Of a stretch of DNA of 64,000 nucleotides, positions 49,744 through 60,061 are shown one piece after another; the stretch's first letter is position 1; each line of letters begins with the position of its first letter. The notes under the pieces are model-generated. The model searched no databases, was not told the origin of the DNA, and was given only the letters and a program-made list of their open reading frames with translations. The DNA comes from an uncultured cyanobacterium (lineage in GTDB: Bacteria > Cyanobacteriota > Cyanobacteriia > Cyanobacteriales > CAWUOF01): contig CAVUSO010000001.1 in assembly GCA_963744145.1 (NCBI GenBank), positions 2,496,001 to 2,560,000 on the forward strand, written 5' to 3'. Both the position numbers and the translations under genes were made by a program.

Positions 49744-50433
49744 ATGAAAAAGATTTCGCTGATTGCCTTGGGTTTAATCGCAAGCATTTCTATAGTTGCT
49801 TGTTCTAACAACGAGACTAAACCTAGCACCCAACCTCAACCTAATACCCAACCTCAACCTAATACCCAACCTCAACCTAATACCCAACCTCAACCTAATA
49901 CCCAACCTCAACCTAATACCCAACCTCAACCTAATACCCAACCTCAACCTAATACCCAACCTCAACCTAATACCCAACCTCAACCTAATACCCAACCTCA
50001 ACCTAGTACCGAGACTCAATCTAGTACCGAGACTAAAAATAATAGCATACCTAAAGCTATTACCGAAAGTAACCTTAGTAACACGAATAAACCTATTACC
50101 CAGAGTAAAGCTATCAACGAAAATCCATCTAGTAGTACCACAGAAAAACGTTGTGGATGGTTAGAAAATCCGACCCCACAAAATTGGTGGTTAAAAGATA
50201 AAGATGGTAGATGGATTATCTCAGCCCAAGGAGGATATAAAGCTAAAGGAATCGAAAATATGCCCGCGATTAATGAAAAGGAATTTATCAAAACCAATGG
50301 TTCTCATGGTAATGCTTGTGCTTGTCTAGATGTGGTAACAGATAGTAGTAAGAAGCAAGTTACCATGATTCAAAGTGCTACACAATTACCCCTGAAAACT
50401 TGTCAGGAAGATGCAGGATTGCCAAAAATGTAG
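49744..50433 (+). CDS. Lipoprotein with (TQPQPN)n linker and DUF4087-like C-terminal domain
   Basis: Lipobox IVAC; RCGWLENPTPQNWWLKDKDGRWIISAQGG and CACL. Confidence 0.8.
   Translation: MKKISLIALGLIASISIVACSNNETKPSTQPQPNTQPQPNTQPQPNTQPQPNTQPQPNTQPQPNTQPQPNTQPQPNTQPQPNTQPQPSTETQSSTETKNNSIPKAITESNLSNTNKPITQSKAINENPSSSTTEKRCGWLENPTPQNWWLKDKDGRWIISAQGGYKAKGIENMPAINEKEFIKTNGSHGNACACLDVVTDSSKKQVTMIQSATQLPLKTCQEDAGLPKM
49828..50007 (+). repeat. 18-bp tandem repeat x10
   Basis: ACCCAACCTCAACCTAAT x9 perfect, plus one copy ending in AGT. Confidence 0.97.
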
Positions 50434-50451
50434 CTGCATCAATGGTAAGAT

Positions 50452-50648
50452 GGGAGCATTTCGGTGATATTATTCTTTCTTTCGACTTCGCCCTTCGACT
50501 ACTCGAGCGAATAAATGAGCGGACAAGCGTTGAAGCCATTATTTATGCGCCGAAATGTGAGAGTGAGGGCAAAGCATTTCGGTAATATTATTCTTCGTTG
50601 AAGCCATTATTTATGCGCCGAAATGCTTTGCCCCTACAGTTAACTGAA
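50452..50648. repeat. Tandem REP-like elements: filled allele (50452-50557) and empty allele (50567-50637)
   Basis: Shared GCATTTCGGT.ATATTATTCTT|CGTTGAAGCCATTATTTATGCGCCGAAATG; the first copy has a ~50-bp CTTCGACT-containing insert at the bar. Confidence 0.85.
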
Positions 50649-50781
50649 AATTGTTATATTTAATAAAATTATCGGAGTTGGCAATGGAGATGATATAGTA
50701 ATTAAATATTAGTTCTAGCCACAATAAATAAATTTGCTATAGCTTCATCTTTGCTGTTTCTAGCTGTGAGTGGGTAAAAAA

Positions 50782-51960
50782 ATGAGTTTATCATTTAAAC
50801 ATCTGACCATCTATCTCGCTTTGCTATCGATTGGGACTGGTACAGTTTGGTTAAATAGTCGCGATCGAGAATTAAATTTTCGTCGTAGTGATTTTGCTGG
50901 ATTGAGAGCAATCTCACGCAGATCATGTCCTTTCCATCATGCTCAACTACCAGAAAACTATTCCAACGGGATTAATTATCCCAATTTTGCTGCTATGGTC
51001 ACAGCAAAAGTTGGACCTGCGGTCGTCAGAATTGATTCAGCTCGTTCAGTCGTTAATCCCACTCCCACATCTGTAACCGATCGGTTAGGTCAATTTTTTG
51101 GTCAGACTCCTCTACCTGTTCCCCCAGAATCAGCCGCAACCGGAACCGGATCAGGTTTTATTCTCAGTGAGGATGGCAAAATCCTCACTAATGCTCATAT
51201 TGTTGATGGTGTAGATCCAGTCAAAGTGACTCTGAAAGATGGACGTAGTTTTGTTGGTCAAGTTGTCGGGGTTGATCCACTCACGGATGTAGCTGTAGTG
51301 AAAATTGATGCAACTGGATTACCCTCAGTTCAATTAGGAGATTCACAAAATTTAATCCCAGGACAATGGGCGATCGCGATTGGTAATCCCCTTGGTTTAG
51401 ATAATACAGTAACTGCTGGTATTATTAGTGCCACCGATCGCGCTAGTTTCCAAGTAGGTGTCCCCGCACCAAGAGTCCATTTGATTCAAACTGATGCAGC
51501 GATTAACCCGGGTAATTCTGGTGGACCATTAGTAAATGAACGGGGAGAAGTAATTGGAATTAATACAACGATCCGGAATAATCCTCAAGGTTTAGGTTTT
51601 GCGATTCCGATCGCAACTGCTCAAAAAATTGCCGATCAGTTATTTAATCATGGTAAAGTTGGGCATTCCTTTTTGGGAATTAAAATGGTAGAAATTACGC
51701 CGGATCTAAGGCAAAAAATTAATCAAGAAACAGGAGTTTTAATTGTCCAGGTCTTGAATAACTCCCCAGCTGCTAAAGCGGGATTACGTCAAGGAGATAC
51801 TATTCAAAAAATTGATCGTATTCCAATTACCACATCCATCCAGGTAAAGGAAATGGTCGAATCTAGTCCAGTCGGTACTTGGCTCAATCTCGAAATTAAT
51901 CGTCAGGGTCAACCCCAGCAAATTCAAGTCCAAACTGGTGTACTCAACCTGAAGGAATAA
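50782..51960 (+). CDS. HhoA/HhoB/HtrA-family serine protease with PDZ domain
   Basis: TNAH, DVAV and GNSGG triad; C-terminal PDZ. Confidence 0.92.
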   Translation: MSLSFKHLTIYLALLSIGTGTVWLNSRDRELNFRRSDFAGLRAISRRSCPFHHAQLPENYSNGINYPNFAAMVTAKVGPAVVRIDSARSVVNPTPTSVTDRLGQFFGQTPLPVPPESAATGTGSGFILSEDGKILTNAHIVDGVDPVKVTLKDGRSFVGQVVGVDPLTDVAVVKIDATGLPSVQLGDSQNLIPGQWAIAIGNPLGLDNTVTAGIISATDRASFQVGVPAPRVHLIQTDAAINPGNSGGPLVNERGEVIGINTTIRNNPQGLGFAIPIATAQKIADQLFNHGKVGHSFLGIKMVEITPDLRQKINQETGVLIVQVLNNSPAAKAGLRQGDTIQKIDRIPITTSIQVKEMVESSPVGTWLNLEINRQGQPQQIQVQTGVLNLKE

Positions 51961-52065
51961 ATTAAAAACAAGTTCATTCCCAATTCACAAAAAAAAACAG
52001 CCTAGGGTGGGAGGATAAAATCTTGCCCCCTCCCAACTTGGACTTTTTTCTTGTTCCAGGAAGAA

Positions 52066-52416
52066 TTATTCACCTGTTTTGGGAGATTTGTTGCCCAAAG
52101 AGCCGGAATGAGTTAAATTGAGATCTAGTTCCATTCGTTGTTCCATTTGTCGGAGAAAATAGCCTGTCATCATCGCTGAAGCAAGTAAACCGGCTAAATT
52201 TTCCCAATCGGTAGTAATTTGCACATTAAAGCTCTCATGGGGTAGAACTCCCACCAATCCCTGGACATTTTGGGAAATAATTTGTTTAATTTCAGGACTA
52301 ACTGACTTAGCGACCCGTGCTAAAACTTCAGGTGGTTGGTGCTGGAGATATTTCAAGAGCGAGTTAACTTGCTCTTCTTCTAAATTAAAATTGGTAAAGT
52401 CAGGTTGAAAAACCAT
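52066..52416 (-). CDS. DUF760 family protein
   Basis: NSLLKYLQ...F.VQITT..ENLAGLLASAMMTGYFLRQMEQR. Confidence 0.85.
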   Translation of the reverse strand: MVFQPDFTNFNLEEEQVNSLLKYLQHQPPEVLARVAKSVSPEIKQIISQNVQGLVGVLPHESFNVQITTDWENLAGLLASAMMTGYFLRQMEQRMELDLNLTHSGSLGNKSPKTGE

Positions 52417-52461
52417 GTGGCCTCTAAATATCTGGCTGGCTTAGGACAGTCTAAACTAATT

Positions 52462-53001
52462 TTAGGTAATCGTACTATCTAGGCATTCCTCGGTTTGGGG
52501 ATCTGCAACAGACAAACTAAGATCTAGTTCTTGAGGTAGTTGATCAACTTGGAAATACTGATGGAATTTATCAGTTACTTGTAACCAATAAGAACGACCA
52601 TCAGATTGTCTGCGCTTACGGACGAATCCTAACTGCACAAGTTCCTGGACATGCTGATAGGCGCCCGAACCACGGAGGTTGACGAGATCAGTTTGGCTAA
52701 TTAATCCTTTCAGAGCGATCGCGGCTAAAGTGCGTAAAGCACCTACTCCTAGGTCTACTGGTAATAAAGTCTGGACTAAATCTTGAAATAGATCTCGTAA
52801 TTGCAAGCAGTAACCCGTAGGTGTTTCTACGATCTCTAAAGCACTATCTCGGTGAGCGTACTCAGACATCAGGTCAATTAAGGATTCCTCAGCACTGATG
52901 CGATCGCACCCTGCATATTCAGCAATTTGCAACAGGGATAAGGGCTGACCCTTGAGATAAAGAATTGCTTCAATTTTAGTCGCTAGACTAGGCATTGGCA
53001 T
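52462..53001 (-). CDS. scpB: SMC-Scp complex subunit ScpB
   Basis: IEAILY, ALRTLAAIA, LRGSGAY; start at 53001 or 52995. Confidence 0.92.
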   Translation of the reverse strand: MPMPSLATKIEAILYLKGQPLSLLQIAEYAGCDRISAEESLIDLMSEYAHRDSALEIVETPTGYCLQLRDLFQDLVQTLLPVDLGVGALRTLAAIALKGLISQTDLVNLRGSGAYQHVQELVQLGFVRKRRQSDGRSYWLQVTDKFHQYFQVDQLPQELDLSLSVADPQTEECLDSTIT

Positions 53002-53205
53002 TCGGACATGAACAACAAACAATCAGCAAAACCAGCTTCTAATCCCATCTAATTGAGGATTTCGGGTTCAGGACTATTGACAGGTTTTGCATAAAAAGGC
53101 ACCATAGATAATACTCAAAAAAAAATCAATTACTTTTAAAATAGCATAACCTTAATCATGTCAATAACCTTTTGGGTTTAAATAGCAATTTTAATTGGGG
53201 TAAAT

Positions 53206-53445
53206 CTAAATTTCTTTCATTTCTAGCAAAGATTGCCATCCAGCTTGCCATAAATTTGGATCTTTAAGCTGTTGTGCGTTTAGCCAAAACCGCACTTGAG
53301 GATCGCAAGCAGCAACCATTTCCGCAAATACCCATTTACCCTGATTTTTGCGATTCACCACCTGAAAATGACGCCATCCCCAGGTGAGCTGTTTCGATGT
53401 CCATTTAGAACCAACCAGATAGGGGAATTTTGGTTTTTGCGACAT
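53206..53445 (-). CDS. TIGR02450-family Trp-rich protein
   Basis: LVGSKWT...WRHFQV...LKD..LWQAGW. Confidence 0.8.
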   Translation of the reverse strand: MSQKPKFPYLVGSKWTSKQLTWGWRHFQVVNRKNQGKWVFAEMVAACDPQVRFWLNAQQLKDPNLWQAGWQSLLEMKEI

Positions 53446-53596
53446 AATGGTTTTCACTGAAACAAAAAATTCGTTTTGATTCATTTTATTTTAACAAGAC
53501 GTAAAATTAACAATTTTAAACATTTTATCAGTATAAATAAGGTCTTTTTTAGGATTAAATTAATGGCAGTAAGCTTTTTTAGTTAGGTAAGAGATC

Positions 53597-54319
53597 ATGC
53601 AACCCCAAAGCAACCTGCTCGGTATTTCAAGACGGAGATTACTCCAGTTAGCTGGTGCAGGAATAGTAGTTAGTACCATTGGTAGCCAATTATTTAACAA
53701 TCAACCAACGATCGCCACAGAAAAAGCTAGCAATATCAGCAGTGACGAAGCTCTGAATAACCTCATAGAAGGAAATAAACGTTTTGTCAATGAAGAAAAA
53801 CTTCATCCTAACCAAACATTGCATCATATTGAAGCATCGGCCAAGGGCCAAAACCCTTTTGCGGTGATCCTTGGCTGTGCTGATTCACGAGTCCCACCAG
53901 AAATTGTCTTCGATCAGGGTCTAAGTAGTTTATTTGTAGTTCGGGTAGCCGGAAATATTCTTGATAACGAAATATTAGGTAGTATTGAATATGCCCTAGA
54001 TCATCTAGGTGTTCCCCTGATCATGGTGCTAGGACATGAAAGATGTGGTGCAGTCAAAGCTACCGTAGATGCTGTCGCTAAAGGTGGTACAGTTCCTCCT
54101 CACATAGATAGTCTGGTGAAAGCGATTAGTCCCGCAGTCCTACAAGTAAAAAACTTAAGTGGAGATCTGGTCGATCAAGCGATTAGAGCTAACATTAAAA
54201 GGGTTGTGGGGCAATTACAACAGTCAACCCTTGTATCAAAATTTGTCAGCGCTAACCAAGTCAAAATTGTTGGTGGCTATTATGATTTAGATACTGGGAT
54301 AGTAGAACAAATTATCTAA
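53597..54319 (+). CDS. Tat-exported beta-class carbonic anhydrase (EcaB-like)
   Basis: SRRRLL twin-arginine signal; CADSR, RVAGN, HERCGAV Zn ligands. Confidence 0.9.
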   Translation: MQPQSNLLGISRRRLLQLAGAGIVVSTIGSQLFNNQPTIATEKASNISSDEALNNLIEGNKRFVNEEKLHPNQTLHHIEASAKGQNPFAVILGCADSRVPPEIVFDQGLSSLFVVRVAGNILDNEILGSIEYALDHLGVPLIMVLGHERCGAVKATVDAVAKGGTVPPHIDSLVKAISPAVLQVKNLSGDLVDQAIRANIKRVVGQLQQSTLVSKFVSANQVKIVGGYYDLDTGIVEQII

Positions 54320-54375
54320 TGGTAAGCAATTTCTGGATCGATTAGGACGAGACTTAGCTGTTAGCAAAAAAACAG

Positions 54376-54951
54376 TTAAGTTCGTCTGAGCAAGCGGGCT
54401 GAAAGGATTCCACCGAGGAAGCCAAAAAAATGTGCTTCCCAAGATATTCCTGGTTGTCCTGGCAAAATTCCCCAGATGACACCACCCCAAAAGAAAATTA
54501 CGATGATTGACAAGAAAATAGAGATGAAACTACGTTCAAAGAAACCGCGTAAAACTAAAAACCCAAGATAACCAAAAATTAACCCACTGGCACCAATATG
54601 AATGGAATTAGGGGCACCAATTAACCAAACACCAAGCCCGCTAACGATCATAGTGACAAAGGTAACGAACAAAAATTCCCCTGTATCTCGTAGCATAATT
54701 AACCATCCCAGCGTTATAAACGGGATCGTATTAGCCATCAGATGAGCAAAATTACCATGGAGAAAGGGCGCAAATAAAATTCCACGTAACCCGATGATTT
54801 GGTGGGGACGAATTCCATAAGTATTAAGACTATTTCTCAGGAAAAAAACATTGATCACTTCAATGATCCACATGAGCCCAATCAAACCACCTAAGATCAG
54901 GAATTGGGTTTTCAGCTCTTGGGCGATCGCATTATTTTCTAACTTACTCAT
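54376..54951 (-). CDS. Rhomboid intramembrane serine protease
   Basis: HLMAN, GASG, AHFFG; ATG at 54951 (the longer ORF start lies in a REP hairpin). Confidence 0.9.
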   Translation of the reverse strand: MSKLENNAIAQELKTQFLILGGLIGLMWIIEVINVFFLRNSLNTYGIRPHQIIGLRGILFAPFLHGNFAHLMANTIPFITLGWLIMLRDTGEFLFVTFVTMIVSGLGVWLIGAPNSIHIGASGLIFGYLGFLVLRGFFERSFISIFLSIIVIFFWGGVIWGILPGQPGISWEAHFFGFLGGILSARLLRRT

Positions 54952-54968
54952 ATTTTTTTTTATCCTTA

Positions 54969-54993
54969 GTGGGACGGGCATCTTGCCCGTCCT
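54969..54993. repeat. GTGG-type REP-like hairpin
   Basis: GTGGGACGGGCATCTTGCCCGTCC, a compensated variant of the 35563 copy. Confidence 0.75.
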
Positions 54994-55136
54994 ATTTATT
55001 TTTGCTTTCTTGTCTAATCCCGATCATCAATCGCTCCTTCCAGATTAGCAAATTCTCGCATTCCGACTAGAAAGCCAGTATTTTCAGGTTTAGTGATGAG
55101 TCGGAATACTTATTAAAAAGCTCATTGCTAGATATT

Positions 55137-55370
55137 TTAGATCCAAGGAATAGTACGTAACCAGTGCCAAACACCAGTTTTTCTTCTCACTAATACTCCT
55201 TTACTGTGTTCTTTGACGACTTCTTGCAGTTCTGCGGTAGTAAAGTCATACCCCTGTTCTTGGGCAACTTGAATAAATTCTGCCGGGTTAGCTACTTCCT
55301 CAAACTGTTTTCTGAACTCTGTATTGTAAGACGCAATTCTTAAAAATTCCACTGCATTTTCTTTAGACAT
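55137..55370 (-). CDS. Nif11-like leader peptide family protein
   Basis: MSKENAVEFL...FIQVAQEQGYDFTTAEL; AGGAG RBS before ATG at 55370. Confidence 0.8.
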   Translation of the reverse strand: MSKENAVEFLRIASYNTEFRKQFEEVANPAEFIQVAQEQGYDFTTAELQEVVKEHSKGVLVRRKTGVWHWLRTIPWI

Positions 55371-55600
55371 AATAAAAATCTCCTTTCTGAAAAAAAAATC
55401 TCCGCTTTCTTCTACTTCTAATTTTAAGCGAAGCTCAAAACAAATCAATCAGTTTAAACTTCTAACTGTGATTGCGGTTGGGAGATTGTCCAACAATAAT
55501 CCCTGCACAAAGTTTTGAGTGATTGGCAATAATAGGATGATCGCTAACACTATAATTTTGGGAATAATATTATTTTGATGTCGAAAATTGAGCATCTTGA

Positions 55601-57542
55601 TTAAAGATTCTCGATCGCGATCGGTTCCAAGTGTTCTGCTGGTTGAAAACCAAATACCCGCGCATAGAAATAAAATTCCCCATCCAAGGAACGTTTAATA
55701 TTTTCAGCAAGACGAAAACCATGTTGTTCCCCAGCAAAAGCCACATAAGCGACTGGTAAACCTTTGGATTTCAATGCTTCAACCATCTTTTCGGTTTGAT
55801 TAGGAGGAACAATTTTATCTTCTAATCCTTGAAAGAAAATTACCGGACAAGATAAACTGTCGATCGCGTGGATTGGCGATCGCTGCACATAAATATCCCG
55901 TCGTTCTGGATAAGCGACCAATCAACCGATCCAAATACCGAGATTCAAACTTGTGAGTATCCTGAGCTAAAGCTTCTAAATCACTCACACCATAATGACT
56001 AGCACCAGCTCGAAACACCTGGCTAAATGCTAGCGCACATAAAGTTGTATAACCACCAGCACTTTTCCCTGTGATTGCTAATCTAGCTTCATCTACCAAA
56101 CCTTGCTGGGCTAGATATTTAGCCCCATTCACACAATCATCAACATCAACTATTCCCCAATTACCATCTAACCGTTGTCGATATTCTCTACCATACCCGG
56201 TACTACCACCATAATTAACATCCAGCACCGCAATTCCACGACTAGTCCAATATTGGGTACTCAGACTAAAGTTACTTGAGGCTGATCCGGTTGGTCCACC
56301 ATGACTTTTAACTAATAAAGGTGGTTTTTCTCCTGATGGTGCAATATAATCGCAATTTTGCGGTGGATAAAAAATAGCATGAGCGATTAACCCATTAGTA
56401 GTGGGAAAAGTAATTTCTTGGGGAATAGACAGATAACCAGGATTCAGTTCTAGTTGACTAGATTGACGTAGCACTTGGATAGTACCTGTAGACAAATCTA
56501 GTTGAGCAATTAATGAAGCTTGGGTCGGGGAACCAGCCAAAAATACCACTGTATTTCCAGATACTTTGACTGAAGAAATCTCAGTATAAGGTGTTTCGAT
56601 CGGCACAAGTTCTTTAGTGCGAGAATTAAGACTAGCTAAATGCCAAATTCCGGATTGAGTGTAAGTACAAATAATCTGATCAGGAGATGCAAAACCATAA
56701 TTCGAGATCCCAAATACCCACCCTGGACGTCCGAATTCAGCTGACATTGGTGCTAAGGGTTCTAGATCAATAGTTTGGTTTGGTTCCCAACGATAAAGAT
56801 TCCACCAACCAGTGCGATCGCTAATCAAGTGTAAAATCCCATCTGGAGACCATTCGGGTTGACAGATCGACTCATTGACACCTCCTGCAACTAAATGGGT
56901 AGCACCAAGAGAACCGTCTTGATTTAATGCTCCTACCCATAATTCGGTTCCATCCCAAGGTAAGTTAGGATGATTCCAGGAGAGCCAACAGAGTTGATTA
57001 CCATCGGGATGAAGACGAGGTGATGAGTAAAAATCCTCACCAGCTACGAGGACTTGGATATCTTCACCATTGAGTAAATTGATACTGACAATGGTATTGA
57101 CTGGTTCTTTAGCGGTAGTATTATGATCTTCTCTGACACAAATTAAACGTCCTCGCTGTTGATCAATAATACCATCTGCATAACGCCAATTGGTTGCTGG
57201 GGTAAGGGGTTGAGGTTCACTAGGATCAGTTTGTTGGTAGAGTCGCTGATCGGTAAAGTTAGCAAAGTAAATTTTCCGTAGGTTAACTAGGTAAGCACCA
57301 CCACCGTATTCATGGACAAGACTACGAGCGTTATAGGGGGATGGGAGCAGATTCAAGATCTGACCATCAGTCGTCCGACGCACAATGACATTACGTCCCT
57401 TTTCTGCGGGTCTTCCTTCCACCCAATAGATATCTTCCCCATCTAGGTAGATTTGTCCTAGTCCAATCGTTTGGGAGACGATTAAATCTGAGGTGATGGG
57501 GGATTTCCAAGCTCCGTATTGTGCAAGTTGTGGTTGGGTCAT
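55601..57542 (-). CDS. S9 (prolyl oligopeptidase-family) peptidase, apparent +1 frameshift at ~55915
   Basis: [19 protein letters not shown]; catalytic Asp (QGLEDKIV) and His (EQHGF) fall in the second frame. Confidence 0.85.
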
Positions 57543-57608
57543 CGATCTAGTTACCGGAAAATAAGAAATTTAGACAAGGACTAACAAAAAAAATACCACG
57601 ATTGTTCA

Positions 57609-58508
57609 TCACATTCTGGCTGCTAGCACTATTTTGGGGATTAATACTGTTTCTAGATCCCTTGTCACCAGTTCACCAATTCCTAAAAATTGCTCGCCTT
57701 CTTGATAAACTTGGAATAGATTTGACAAGTTTAGACTCTCATTTTTCCCCATTATCCCCTGTCCTTGACACCAGCGATCGGCATCAGTTGATGATAAGGT
57801 GATGACTGGTAAATGTGCTAAAGCGGTACTAGGGGGAATGGGAATAAATTTACCTTCATGACTGAGATTTTCTAATTCAGTCAAAGTTAAACTATCTGAT
57901 AACTTAAAACCACTACTTTCTGTCCGAGTTAGAGCTGCGAGGGTTCCTCCAATCTGCAAATCATGACCGAGATCCCTTGCGATCGCGCGGATATAAGTAC
58001 CAGAACCACAAGCGATCGCTACATCAAGTTCGGGAAAATCACCTGGACGCCAATCTAATACTTCTATTTTAAATATTTCCACTGTTCTGGCTGGAATATC
58101 AATCGTTTTTCCCGCCCGAGCTAACTCATATAAACGTTTACCTTTAACTTGAATCGCACTATAATTGGGTGGTACTTGCTGAATTTTACCGACATATTTT
58201 GCTAGTGCGGCTGTGACAGTTTCTAAATTTACCTCTGCTCCTGATTGCTGATTGAGGATTTCTCCTGCTAAATCATCAGTTGTGGTAGTTACTCCCAACC
58301 GAAACGTCCCATGATAAGCTTTATCACTGCGAAGAAATTGTAACAGTCGGGTGACTTTTCCTAAAGCGATCGGTAAAACTCCAGTCGCAGCAGGATCTAA
58401 AGTACCTCCATGACCGACTCGCTTCATTCTGAGGATTTTTCTGACTTGAGCGACAGCATCATGGGAGGTAATTCCCATTGGTTTGTTTAAGGTTAAGAAA
58501 CCTTGCAT
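57609..58508 (-). CDS. truB: tRNA pseudouridine(55) synthase
   Basis: [22 protein letters not shown]. Confidence 0.95.
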   Translation of the reverse strand: MQGFLTLNKPMGITSHDAVAQVRKILRMKRVGHGGTLDPAATGVLPIALGKVTRLLQFLRSDKAYHGTFRLGVTTTTDDLAGEILNQQSGAEVNLETVTAALAKYVGKIQQVPPNYSAIQVKGKRLYELARAGKTIDIPARTVEIFKIEVLDWRPGDFPELDVAIACGSGTYIRAIARDLGHDLQIGGTLAALTRTESSGFKLSDSLTLTELENLSHEGKFIPIPPSTALAHLPVITLSSTDADRWCQGQGIMGKNESLNLSNLFQVYQEGEQFLGIGELVTRDLETVLIPKIVLAARM

Positions 58509-58529
58509 GATGATAACAAAGAGTTCTAA

Positions 58530-60011
58530 TTAAGCAGATGGAGATTTTGGTTTTTTACCAGTATTGCGAAAATCAATAATTTGGCTTAATGAATCATACC
58601 AGAAGTTTGACCCCATCGAAATTGCCAACCCAGTGAGCACCCAACCTAATATTCGTTTAATTTTCGCCAGAATTGGGTGATCATTTTTATCATAATTTGC
58701 TTGATTATTCAAGTTATCTTGATCCCAACCAATTGGTAAAGAAATGTTTTCTAGAACTTGGTCAATTTTCGCTTGAACTTGGGTAAAATCTCCCGGTGCT
58801 TGATTGTACTCAACTTGAGCAACTTGGGTTGCATATTGGGAGGTCATATTGCGGAGAACCGAATCTTTGGATAAACGATCTACTATAAATAAGGTATCTG
58901 CATTGATAGCTATGGCTAGAAAAAGACTGATTAGAATCGTTACTCCTGTGGCATTACGCTTGAAAACTCCATCGGCTCTGGCCATAGAATCATCATACCA
59001 CTGGGAAAGTCTTTTTTGAAGATAATCACCTACCTCTTCAATATTTTGCACTTGAGTTTGAGTAATTTTAAAAATCACATCTAATCCATTTTTGACTGAT
59101 GAGGGTAACTGATTAATTTTGCTTTCTATCTGTTGATATGACTGATCATGTTCATCATGATTTCCTCCCCCCAATTCTAAATAAATTTTTCTATTGCTTT
59201 TAATTTCTGCGAGTAAATCTGTCAAACTTGATTTCCACCCTCCCATAATCACTGCTTTTTTCTGGCTATCATCAAATTTTAATTTATTCATTTCATTTTC
59301 AAATATTTGGGCTGATATTTCAGTATCTACTAGATAGATTTGACAATTTTTTAGGTAGAGATCTAGTTGTTCAGCTAGATGGTCAATACTAGCAGATAAA
59401 TCAGCTTTATTATCATGAAAATCTTGCACAATGCTACCAAATTTTTGGCTAAGTTTATTATATTCAAATTCTAGGCTATTTTTCTGGTCATCAGTAATTT
59501 CCAAATTTTCTAAATGGTCTATAACTGCGCGAACTTGTTGGAGTTTTTCCACTTGAAATTTTTCCAATCTTGATACTTTTAAGCATTTGATCATCTCTGG
59601 AAAATCGATTGTCAGCAATAAAGCACCAGCAAAAATCTCTCCAGTTATTTTAGAAGGTCCACTGGTTTGATCGCCAAAAATGTTCTCTTTTCCAGTCAAT
59701 TTTCTATAGATTTTACCAATGGTCTGAGTAATTTGGCGAAAAAGTCCCTCAATCCCCTCTCTAGCTTCGTGATTAAGCGCATTAATATATGGGTGATTAT
59801 ATATTTGATTGACTAAATCTTTGACTTCTTTGACTTCTTTGTCATCTTCAGTTCCACTAGTTAATAAACCTTGAATTGATTGCTTTAAATGTACTGCTCT
59901 CCATTGGAATAAAACGGTCAATAATCCTTGAATTTTTGAAGCTAACAGGCTTAAAGTTAAGTAAACGAAAATCAAACCAAGGGCAATGTCTAAAACAAAA
60001 GGTAAGCTCAT
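58530..60011 (-). CDS. Conserved cyanobacterial membrane protein of unknown function, paralog 2
   Basis: LDIALGLIFVYL.LSLLAS.IQ...QWRA, LPIGW, GW.LTG.AISMG..FW. Confidence 0.85.
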   Translation of the reverse strand: MSLPFVLDIALGLIFVYLTLSLLASKIQGLLTVLFQWRAVHLKQSIQGLLTSGTEDDKEVKEVKDLVNQIYNHPYINALNHEAREGIEGLFRQITQTIGKIYRKLTGKENIFGDQTSGPSKITGEIFAGALLLTIDFPEMIKCLKVSRLEKFQVEKLQQVRAVIDHLENLEITDDQKNSLEFEYNKLSQKFGSIVQDFHDNKADLSASIDHLAEQLDLYLKNCQIYLVDTEISAQIFENEMNKLKFDDSQKKAVIMGGWKSSLTDLLAEIKSNRKIYLELGGGNHDEHDQSYQQIESKINQLPSSVKNGLDVIFKITQTQVQNIEEVGDYLQKRLSQWYDDSMARADGVFKRNATGVTILISLFLAIAINADTLFIVDRLSKDSVLRNMTSQYATQVAQVEYNQAPGDFTQVQAKIDQVLENISLPIGWDQDNLNNQANYDKNDHPILAKIKRILGWVLTGLAISMGSNFWYDSLSQIIDFRNTGKKPKSPSA

Positions 60012-60061
60012 TTATTTTCTCCAAATCAATTGAATAAGGTAATGGTTAATCAACATTATTA

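Noticed and set aside
49774..50164. ORFs (LGIRLR)n and (PNLNLI)n
   Set aside because: Alternative-frame shadows of the 18-bp repeat in the lipoprotein gene
55601..55921. Independent 106-aa peptidase gene
   Set aside because: It is the frameshifted C-terminus of the S9 peptidase
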